Shown here in pieces: positions 1 through 9,750 of a stretch of DNA of 64,000 bases. Positions within the stretch are counted from its first letter, which is position 1. Each line of letters starts with the position of its first letter. Location of the stretch: positions 496,001-560,000 of the forward strand of contig NW_025767081.1 in the NCBI RefSeq assembly GCF_003918875.1, written 5' to 3'. The stretch is from Haliotis rubra (lineage: Eukaryota). Position numbers and translations under genes: made by a program. The notes under the pieces were generated by a model, which was given only the letters and a program-made list of their open reading frames with translations, did no database searches and was not told where the DNA came from.

Positions 1-99
1 CCTCTCCGCTCCACTCTCCTCCGTCCACTCCAATCCACTCCACTCCACTCCAATCCAAACATCGGAAAGTAATCATGCTTGTGATAGTTTTTAAAATCC

Positions 100-1400
100 G
101 CCGTGCGACAAAATGTCGCGTTGTCGCATTGTCGCGCGTCGCGTTTTCGTCAAATACGTTATAATACATACTGTACTCAATATATTAACAAAGCGCGACA
201 ACGCGACATTTCATCAAAATGTCGCGTTGTCAGATTGTCGCGTGTCGCGTTTTATTAGAATTTCAAAACTATTACAAGGATGATTATGTTTAGATGTTTT
301 TAAAGGGCTAAGATACTCTGGGATCGAACTCAGAGTAAGAATAAAGGTGGCCGTGAAGTTTGTGGGTTAAGAGTTCTTGGTTAATGGAATGGATGTGTTG
401 AAACTGGCCATTTTGCTGAAAATTATTATGATTGAGTAGGTGTATGTTTGAAACGATACAAGTACATGTGTATCGCTTGGTATATTATTATTATCATAAA
501 TAATATAGGATTCCAATAGAATTGAAAAACAGACATCACAACACATTATTGTAATGAAATATCTTGCTAATTTATCAAGTTCCCTAAACCTTGAGTGAGT
601 GAGTGAGTGAGGAGTGAAAGTGGAGAGGAGCGGAAAGGAGCGGAGAGGAGAGGAGTGGTGCGGAGAGAAGCGGGGTGGAGAAGAGCGGAGTGGGGCGGAG
701 CGGAGCGCAGTGGACTGAAGCGGAGCGGAGTGAGAGAGGGAGGGTTGGTTTCTGCCACTCCAAGGGTATGCAGCTCTGCTAAGCGATTTCATCTTTTCTA
801 ATATCATAATGATAACAGTCCATTTGTATGGCGTTTTCCCAAGCAGAATATCACGTTCAAAGCCGACCTAAACTGTCTTTGAGGTGCTGGATGGTTAAGT
901 AATATTACCATCTCATTCTACCTGGTATCCATCCACTGCTGGTTGAACAGGGGCAGATGACGGACAAATTCATCAGCGTCGGACAGGACTGTACCAAGAA
1001 ACTCTGTCAGGAGCCACACTGTCTAACATAGTGACCCATTAGAGGACTTCACTTGATGTTTATGCCGATGTGGCCTGAATTTTAACAATATCTGAGTTTT
1101 TTCACAACCTGTGAGCTTGATATAGGTGAAATGTCCAAAGTGATGAGTGTGTATGGTATTGGAATCAGAACCTATGATCATAGTTATCTAGTGTGACTAA
1201 GAGACACAACTCTGCACAGCAAATTGACCTTGAAAATTGTCGCTATGTCGCGTGTCGCCCTTTGGAGGAATGAATATATATATTATTCATGGGCGAAATG
1301 TTGCGTCGTCGCATATCGCGTGTCGCGTGTCGCGTTTTGTTTAATTTTGCTTGTATTTGAGAGGGCGACAACGCGACAATGCGACAACGCGACAATGTCC
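100..1400. mobile_element. Putative non-autonomous DNA transposon with TGTCGCG subterminal repeats
   Basis: Clusters of TGTCGCG/CGCGACA at 100-250 and 1240-1400; 23-bp perfect inverted match between 114-136 and 1372-1394. Confidence 0.4.
593..745. repeat. (GAGT)n and degenerate (GGAGC/GGAGA)n microsatellite
   Basis: Visible tetramer and pentamer periodicity; a complementary (CTCCA)n tract lies at 1-56. Confidence 0.85.
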
Positions 1401-2307
1401 CTTCCAGGATTCCATAGGTGTCCCCCGCCCTGATATTGCTGGAATAGCGGCGTAAGACCATACTCACTCACTCACTTAGCCACTCACTACTACCGCCCGT
1501 GCACACTCACTCACTCATTCACCCTTAATCCTTTCACTCTCCTGCTCTTCTTCCTCTTCTCCAGTGCTCACAATGACGCTCGTCTCATCTCACTCTTATT
1601 GTCATTGTGTAGATACATGAAAGCATTTGTATCCGAATGCCAGCGGTGACTGCCATCGCTGCAAAAAGGAGATTTCTGGTGGAAGATTACCTTCGATTAT
1701 CCACTGTATTATATGTCCAATTTGTTAAACTACATGTAATCAGGGATACTCTACAACAGAGTATCCCTGATGTAATAGTGTTCGGGCTGGACGCCGGTTC
1801 ATGTCGGTGGCGTAGTGGATAGAGCGTCTGCTTAGGAGCAGAGGGTAGATGGTTCGAGCCCTGACAGCGTCACACGAAAAATTCGATAATAAATGGTATG
1901 TGTTATTACCTTGCCTGAAGCTTGGCGTTAAGAGACTGGCTGGCTTGGAGTCAATGTTATATGTCTCAGTCGGATATCAATATTACACTATGACATGATG
2001 TTCCAGTGGGTTAGTAAGGACAAGTACAAGCAAACATGCATCCACGTGCATGTGTGAGATGATCTTTCCCCCCATCTCTTTATGTACAAATGTTGATAAA
2101 TCTTTATATCATTATTGGATAGTATAACATGAAGTTCAACTTTGAACACTTTATACTTACAATGTCTCGTGCGTGTCAGGTGCGAGCGAACAAGCACAAT
2201 CACATAATCGATATAGAGCAAATGTACAGTGGTGATACACCACGAGTTATAATCACGAGTTATAATCACGGAGATTTGAACCTATCACCATAGATACCGG
2301 TACGCGA

Positions 2308-2465
2308 TGGGGTAGCCTAGTGGTTAAGGTGTTCGCTCGCCACGCTCAGGACCTGGGTTCGATTCCCATATGTGCATAATGTGTGAAGCCCATTTCTGGT
2401 GTCCCTGGCCGTGATAATGCTGGAATATTTGCTAAAAGCGGCGTAAAACTAACCTCACTCAGTCA
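2308..2465 (+). mobile_element. tRNA-derived SINE, family A
   Basis: A box TAGCCTAGTGG, B box GGTTCGATTCC, 3' tail GCGGCGTAAAACTAA(ACTC)n; partially re-duplicated at 2878-3015. Confidence 0.85.
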
Positions 2466-2880
2466 AAGTAATCATGCTTGTGATAGTTTTTAAAATCCGC
2501 CGTGCGACAAAATGTCGCGTTGTCGCATTGTCGCGCGTCGCGTTTTCGTCAAATACGTTATAATACATACTGTACTCAATATATTAACAAAGCGCGACAA
2601 CGCGACATTTCATCAAAATGTCGCGTTGTCAGATTGTCGCGTGTCGCGTTTTATTAGAATTTCAAAACTATTACAAGGATGATTATGTTTAGATGTTTTT
2701 AAAGGGCTAAGATACACTGGGATCGAACTCAGAGTAATAATAAATGTGGCCGTGAAGTTTGTGGGTTAAGAGTTCTTGGTTAATGGAATGGATGTGTTGA
2801 AACTGGCCATTTTGCTGAAAATTATTATGATTGAGTAGGTGTATGTTTGAAACGATACAAGTACATGTGTATCGCTTGGT
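2465..2880 (+). repeat. ~416-bp near-identical duplicate of 66-481
   Basis: Direct comparison shows about 3 substitutions. Confidence 0.9.
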
Positions 2881-3647
2881 GTTCGCTCGCCACGCTCAGG
2901 ACCTGGGTTCGATTCCCATATGGGCATAATGTGTGAAGCCCATTTCTGGTGTCCCTGGCCGTGATAATGCTGGAATACTTGCTAAAAGCGGCGTAAAACT
3001 AACCTCACTCAGTCACTGTATCGTAACCGCCGCTAGACCATACCTGCCCTGCCCCAAAATCCGCTGAAGTGCCTGGCAACAGATGTGTATCTGCAAGATA
3101 AAACTACACCCACTCACTCCTTAAGTACGCAACAGTTGACTGGAAGGAATTTTCAGGAAAAACTGGAATTTGATGAGACAGGATCCTGGACAAACTAAGG
3201 GAAGCAACTCATCAGAATGAATTACTACTCCCACACAGTAAGGTTATTCATGCTCACTCAGCAATGGGCAATGGACAGGAACATGATTCTTCAGTTTTAT
3301 TAGATTCGATGTTTTAAATAAGGGATTTAAGTCCAGAATAACTCCATTACTGATGATACAAATTTCATATGACGTCAATTTCAAAATCACCACGGTGAAT
3401 ATTATAGGAATGGATCACTGAAAATCAGTAACACCAAGTGAATAGAGTACGCTCATTCTTTATGTCCTACCAGTAGCCCCGCCACTCATATTTATTTGCA
3501 TGAACAATTGAATGCATATGACATTGTCTAAAACTGAATTGCCCAGACAGCTTTAATATTGCCGCTTGCCTTGACAAACGACAAACAATATATTTTTCAA
3601 AAACTATCACTAGGTGATCTGATTGGAGCATCCCCAGTGTAGTTCTC

Positions 3648-5159
3648 CTATTTGGGTAAAGCTGCCCTCCAGCCAGCATGTAGTTGTTTGCTGAATTGAT
3701 CCACCAGGGCGCTGTAGGAGGAATCATAAGCCAGGTTCTTGTTTTCCTGAGGATCGCCATAATGGTCGTACAGTTCCACACCAAACACTTCTGTCCAGTC
3801 CGGCTTGTACACAGGTTGTTGGTTGAATTTAACCCACTCTGTGTATCTGTAATGATCGGTGGTCATGCTGTAGCCCATTTGATCTCCGTTGTATTCATTC
3901 CTCGGATACTGGGAGAACACAGCCTTCTTCCAGTTGGGACTTGCTGGGTTTGTTATCAGAGGTATCAAACTAGTGCCTTCAGTGCAGACAAGAACTTTAG
4001 TGGAGTTTTCTGGACAAAGATTAATAGGAGGTAGACCAGCAGCTTCTACCAGAGTAGGAAACAAATCCACAAACTCAGTGAGTTCTTCAGTCACGATGCC
4101 CTTGTCAGTGAGACCCGGCACATGTACCATCATCGGGGAGTGGGTGGCAAGCTCAAAGTCTGTGTGTTTGCACCACTCACCATGTTCCCCAAGTTGCCAA
4201 CCGTGATCTCCCCAGAAGGAGATGATTGTGTTGTTGGCCAGGCCTTGATTCTCCAGCTCCTGGATAACTCGACCCAGCTCGTAGTCCGTGTAGCTGAGGG
4301 CGCTGTAGTACCCTCTCCTCAAGTTGAGGACAACATCATTTGGGAGTGTGGTGTTGATATCTCCCGAAACGTGTAATCTCTCAATGTCAACATATTCTCT
4401 GAGTTCTGAATAATTGGACCATGCGATTACTGGCATTTTATCAGGAGCGTAGGGGTTCGGTGGAAGACTGATAGACGACAACGGGTACAAGTCAAAGAAC
4501 ATCTGTGGTGCCACAAAAGGAAGGTGAGGTTTGTGGAAACCTTGGGCGATGAAGAAAGGGCGTTCTCCAGATCTGGCCTGAGGGGCTGCTTCTCTAATCA
4601 TGTTGATTGCATAATCTGTATTCTGCATGTCCCAAAGGGAGTTGTTCTTTAGAAGGTCCATCGGCACGCTCAACCAAGTAACTTGTTCCTTGTACACAAA
4701 TTTGTTAACTGTTTTGCCAACATCAAAATATGGGTCTGTCCAGGAGATCGGATCGTTGTAGCCAGAAGCACGTCCTGGATGGAAGATCTTACCCGATCCT
4801 ATCGTCCTGTAGCCATGTTCCTTAAAATACTGAGGGATGGTGGTGAAGTTACCTCCCACATCTCTCCAGTAAGCTTGTAGATCATACACATGGGTTGTGT
4901 CCGGTCTTCGTCCTGTGAGGAGAGATGATCTGCTCGGGGAACACACAGCCTGCTGAACATGGGCTCTCTTCAACAGAAGACTCTTCCGAGCCAAACCATC
5001 AAGATTCGGTGAATGTATCGGAGGGTGGACAGGACTGGGGAAGTCTTTTCCTTCAAAAATGGAGAGTTCTGGCCTCATGTCATCAGCCACCAAAAACAAC
5101 ACATTCATGCGAGCCCGGGCGGCAGTCACCGTCAGCAGCAGAAGAATCACCCTCAGCAT
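3648..5159 (-). CDS. IDS: Iduronate-2-sulfatase-like sulfatase, copy 1 (type A), 503 aa, single exon
   Basis: Signal peptide MLRVILLLLTVTAARA; ADDMRP metal-binding motif; CSPSR formylglycine motif followed by LLTGRRPDTT; GKIFH, GFHKPH, GDHGW. The ATG at 5159 aligns with all paralogs, whereas the upstream ORF extension is not conserved. Family assignment only, orthology not shown. Confidence 0.93.
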   Translation of the reverse strand: MLRVILLLLTVTAARARMNVLFLVADDMRPELSIFEGKDFPSPVHPPIHSPNLDGLARKSLLLKRAHVQQAVCSPSRSSLLTGRRPDTTHVYDLQAYWRDVGGNFTTIPQYFKEHGYRTIGSGKIFHPGRASGYNDPISWTDPYFDVGKTVNKFVYKEQVTWLSVPMDLLKNNSLWDMQNTDYAINMIREAAPQARSGERPFFIAQGFHKPHLPFVAPQMFFDLYPLSSISLPPNPYAPDKMPVIAWSNYSELREYVDIERLHVSGDINTTLPNDVVLNLRRGYYSALSYTDYELGRVIQELENQGLANNTIISFWGDHGWQLGEHGEWCKHTDFELATHSPMMVHVPGLTDKGIVTEELTEFVDLFPTLVEAAGLPPINLCPENSTKVLVCTEGTSLIPLITNPASPNWKKAVFSQYPRNEYNGDQMGYSMTTDHYRYTEWVKFNQQPVYKPDWTEVFGVELYDHYGDPQENKNLAYDSSYSALVDQFSKQLHAGWRAALPK

Positions 5160-5201
5160 TGTAGCGTCAGAATTACATTGTGTTCCAGCTGAGGAGAACG
5201 G

Positions 5202-5261
5202 ATTTATATATTTTCTGGCCTGTGAAGATAGCAGACGATTCTTATCATTTGGAATGTTTGT
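5202..5261 (-). promoter_or_regulatory. Putative core promoter module of copy 1 (forkhead-like TGTTTGT, paired GATA sites, TATATAAAT), conserved upstream of copies 1-9
   Basis: TATATAAAT at 5202-5210 (-), AGATAG at 5226-5231, TGATAA within 5241-5247 (-), TGTTTGT at 5255-5261; similar spacing in paralogs. Motif-level evidence only; a TCTTCACAG|G splice acceptor at 5220 is an alternative reading. Confidence 0.45.
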
Positions 5262-5625
5262 TATGTGCACGTGTGACAAAACACAAAAAACATGGCCCTT
5301 AAGTGGAGCTAGCATTAACAAACACTCCTTCGAGCTGTGTAGGTCAATCCATGGACGGATGACACCAAGGGAACGCATTTCCCTTAGTCTGAATGACTGT
5401 CGATGTCAAAAACAAAGATATCGGTGTGTCAGACATTTAGGTCAGCAAAAGATAACTTGAAAGAATCTAGATTTTGATAATTTTAACAAATCCTTGGGAA
5501 CATGCACCTGTATCTTTATCGTTATATCATGGCATGGCATAAGAACCTTTCGCATGAGATAACAGATATGTTGTGCTTGGTCATAACATGTTCATACTAC
5601 TTATGCTGATTGTCTTTAAAATGTA

Positions 5626-7101
5626 TACTGAGTCCAAAAAGAAACTTCACATTCTTCTTCAGGGCACTATAAATGAACAAGAGATGGTAAGATGGTTAAA
5701 TTGTTATTATTTCATTGCTGAGATCTGTGTGATGTACTCGATACACTGGCAGTGCCGTAATCAGTTCTATTAGGCTACACCGCCGTTCCAAAACATGGGT
5801 ATACAGAATGTCAAGTCACGAGAACATAAATTCGAAATTTCTCAGTTCAATATTGTCTATGGCCGCCCCGTGAATTCACCACTGCCAAACACTGTCTCCT
5901 CATCGACTGCCTGATGCTTGTGAACACGTGGTTGGGGATTCTGCACCATTGCTCTTGCAAGGCAGCGCCAAGTTCCTGCAAATTCTGAGGTTGGTTCCTA
6001 AGACCACGAAGCCTTCTCTTAAGTGCATCCCAAACGTGCTCTATTGGATTAAGGTCAGGTCCCACCTCGATGGCCAGTCATTGACGTTGATTCCAGCGTT
6101 TTGAAGGAAATTTCGTGTCAACATCGCGGTATTCGGCCGGGCATTATCATGCTGGAACTGTAGACCTGGGCCATGGGCCGCCATGAAAGGAATGAGTTGA
6201 GGGGTGAGCACCTGGTCACGGTAAGCAGCAGCTGTGAGGTTTCCACGGATGAGCAGAAGTCGGGAACGGTTGTTCCCACAGAAGGCACCCCAAACCATGC
6301 AACTTCCGCCCCCGAATCTGTCGACTTCCTGAACACAACATTGGGCATACCGTTCACGACGTCGTCTCCAGGCTCTATGCCTGCCGTCCGCGAATCTGAG
6401 GGTAAACCTGGATTCATCGCTAAAGACGACTCGATTCCAGTCTCTCTGAGTCCATCGGAGTATTGGCCCACGATATGGACGTCAAGAATGGAGATTGTCA
6501 GCCCGCAACCAATTTCGAATGGCCTGTGAGGACAGTCGACCTCTAAACATCTCAGCCCTGGTTCGTGTAGCCGGCAGAAATCTGTCACGTAGGTGACGTA
6601 GGACGATTTGATGGTCTTCTGCTCGTGACGTCAGACATGGACGACGCGACCTTGGGCGATCAGAAGTGGTGCCAGTTTGTTGTAGACGACCTCGCAAGTC
6701 ATACACAGTAGGACGGCTGCATCCCATTGCTCTTGCAACGTCAATAACTAATTTTCCAGCTTGCAACATGCCAACGGCACGTTCTAGTTGCACATTTGAC
6801 AATCATGGCATTTCAAGTACCGTTAGAACTGTGGTTTAAATGTGTTTTTTTCAATTCTTGAGGCCAATGCAAACACGTGCATATGAAGAAAACTTCGATG
6901 CGAAGATCACGTGATCGACTGCACGTGCAAAACCTGATTTGGCACTAACGTCATTTTCATGAGTTTGAGTGGGTTTTGCTAACGTTTTTCTAGAGTCGAA
7001 AGATAGAGATCCCATTTCGGATACATAGATGTATCATCAGGGAAAAATTATTCATTACCTTTAAAAATTACATTTTGTGAAGTTTCCTTTTTGACTCAGT
7101 A
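5626..7101 (-). mobile_element. Tc1/mariner DNA transposon, decayed transposase (~5847-6811)
   Basis: TIR TACTGAGTC(C/A)AAAA(A/G)GAAACTTCACA at both ends, flanked by TA; HTH region (RPRS.RP..TS), MVWGAF, QHDNARP, PDLNPIEH motifs; stops and frameshifts. Confidence 0.92.
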
Positions 7102-7103
7102 TA

Positions 7104-9400
7104 TCTACTAGTAAGCTTGAAAGCTGTGAGTTAATAGTAAGACTTTCTGGGCATTTTTTTTACTTATTTATTTATTTACTTATTTTTACTTATTTTTATT
7201 TATTTATTTACTTATTTAAAATCATTCTGTTACATTAAAGAATTGTTCGGTCTAGTTCAAAGGCATTGTATAATTCTTCAAAATTCATGAAGCCATCATC
7301 ATTACAAATATCGCCATTTCAGTGCAAACCTTTCCCGAACCAGCTATCAATGCAAAGCTTAGAGTCATGAAATTGGTGATTAAGCCATTACGGTTCACAA
7401 AGAATGCCCTCCACATCAATCCGTGTTTTATGGATTTTAAATATTTAGATATTGAGAACATCTTTAAAGAAATGATGTTTTATATGAATGTGTTCAGCAA
7501 CGTTTGCACCCAATATAAAAATATGTTTGGTATGTATGCCGCTTAAGCTTTTAAGGCATTGATAAAGTTTTTGATATCAATCATTGCAAGTCCTCCTGCT
7601 CGTGTTTTCTTACTAACTTTTCCCGCTTTATTTAATCCCTCTTGCCATCCCAAATAAAATGAAATGAACCCTTATTCAGATCGTCTACAAAAGATTTGGG
7701 AGGATTAGGGAAGGCAATAAAAATATGTACTCAAGTAGATAGAGCAAGTGTTTTAATGACTGTAATTTTACCAATGAGCGTTAAGCTTCTTTTTCGCCAC
7801 TCGGCAAGAATTCTGTTAATATTTTCCAGTGTTTTCCTTGTATTGATAACCCAGAGGTTTTCAACATGAGCATTAAGTATTATTCGGAATACTTCAAAGT
7901 CACCTTCATGCCAATCTAGTTTAATATCTGTACAACATTACTGTCTACCATTGCAGCTATCCACAAAGCTTTGGTCTTATCAGTGTATATTTCGAGGCCT
8001 GAGATTTTATAGAAACTGTTAAGGGTCTTTATAGCATCCCTTAAGCTATTTTCACTTCCATCTCAAAACGTTGGGTATCATCTGCCTGCTCCATAGAGTA
8101 ATAGGTTTCCAACATACTCTATTTGTATTTGATTTAGGAACATGTATACAAGTTATAACCTCTCTGTTGTATGTTGCGCTTAATAATCTCTTTTTAAAGT
8201 TTCTTTCACATATCTGTTAATTCCGAATTTTAGATCAATCCAGAAGAATTGAAAGAATTCAATAGGAAATCCGTCAATACCGGGACTGTTATTATTTGTC
8301 ATTGTTTTGATTGCATTCGTCAATTCCTCGAGGTCGATGGGCTTTTCTAAATCATCCGCTGGGATAAAATCCAATACTGTGATGTTTAAATTCTGTAAGA
8401 TAGTATTGTCATTATCCACATAATTTGTATTCGATTATAGTCACTTATAAAAGTGAATTTGTTAATTGAGTGTCTGATTACCGTCAGTAATTTCATCTAC
8501 AGAGTCTGTAATCGGTCTATTTATTAATGTGTTGGTAAAAATCTATTTTCGAGATGACAAATATATTTTGAAGTTTCTCACCTTCTTCATACTAAGTAAT
8601 TCTATGCCTAATCTGCACTCCTATGTTTTCTTCATCTTTGTTTTGTTTTTGTCAAGGTCAATTTTACTCCTTGAGAGTTGACTTAGTATTTCCTCATTAA
8701 CAGTCAGAAAATCTTCTCTAATAGTGTTTCCACTTGAATTAATATTTTCTTCCAGAACCTGAGTGGGGTTAAACTTGTTCTTTTTTATATAAAGAATATG
8801 AAATAGATTTCCCCCTTACCTTCAAAAGGAAGGCATTGAATTTCCAATATCTTTTCGTTTTTCCTCACTAAGATTGCTAGATAAAGTTAATGTAATGAGT
8901 GCGTGGTCAGACTTGTATCCCGGTAGTATGTCTGAAGTATGTGTAATACTAAGGATACCAGAGGAAGCAAGAAAATAATCGAAATGGGCCTGTTGTCTTG
9001 TCTTCATTTTCCACCAAGTGTATTTTCTAACATCTGGGTTGAGAATCCTCCATACATCAACTAACTCATAGGGTTCTAGTTTTTTTCAACAGTAAATTTC
9101 TAGCTTTGGGGTTATTTATATGTTTGAAATTTTCTAAGTCTACATTTGGATTTAATACCAAATTCCAATCCCCACAGAGAACAAGACATCGGTTGTCAAA
9201 TGTATCTATATGTTCAAATAGTTCACAACAGAATTTGTGTTCATTTTTGTTGGGTTCATACACATTTACAAGTGCCATTCTAATGCCATCAATAGTTAGG
9301 TCAACAATAATATAATTACCACAGTCATCTATTTTAAACTTATGGGCATCAATTTCGAAATTATTATTGAATAATATGGCCACTCCTGTTGCATTGGATT
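7104..9400 (-). mobile_element. Degenerate L1/Tx1-like non-LTR retrotransposon ORF2 (APE endonuclease plus RT fragments)
   Basis: GVAILF, LVNVY.PN, LCGDWN, DYFL, SDH endonuclease motifs; SPGIDGFPIEFF. Boundaries approximate. Confidence 0.8.
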
Positions 9401-9750
9401 TATATGGAGGTATGTTTTTAAACTTTTTAAAGCCAAAGTTTTTAAAATAAATAATTAAAAAAGTCAGGCGTTTTCCTGAAATCATAATGCCATAATGGAT
9501 ACAACCGATGCATATAACCAATGTAATCCACATGAAATATGTAAGCCTATGGTGTTAGGGCCCCATTTTTAACAAAGTCAAAGTATCGCTGAATATTAGT
9601 GATGACAATAAATGTAATCATGCCCTACCCCATGCTCTGCATGAAAAATATATGCATGAAAAATATACCCAAAACCACATATCCAGAGAGCTTTTATATA
9701 TCACATACATCACCATGTGCTCTGAGAAGAGCATATCCTATATTTTCCTT

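Noticed and set aside
367-807. 146-aa ORF and overlapping ORFs
   Set aside because: Translations of pentanucleotide microsatellite and AT-rich repeat.
3889-4206. Recurrent 105-aa + strand ORF (MYSFLGYWENT...) and other antisense ORFs in every sulfatase copy
   Set aside because: Shadow frames of the conserved sense CDS, often with non-ATG starts; the repetition is explained by gene duplication.
5160-5378. N-terminal extensions in the ORF track (576, 580, 515 and 545 aa versions of copies 1, 2, 3 and 6)
   Set aside because: The starts are not conserved between paralogs and the extension would bury the signal peptide; all copies share the MLR(V/L) start.
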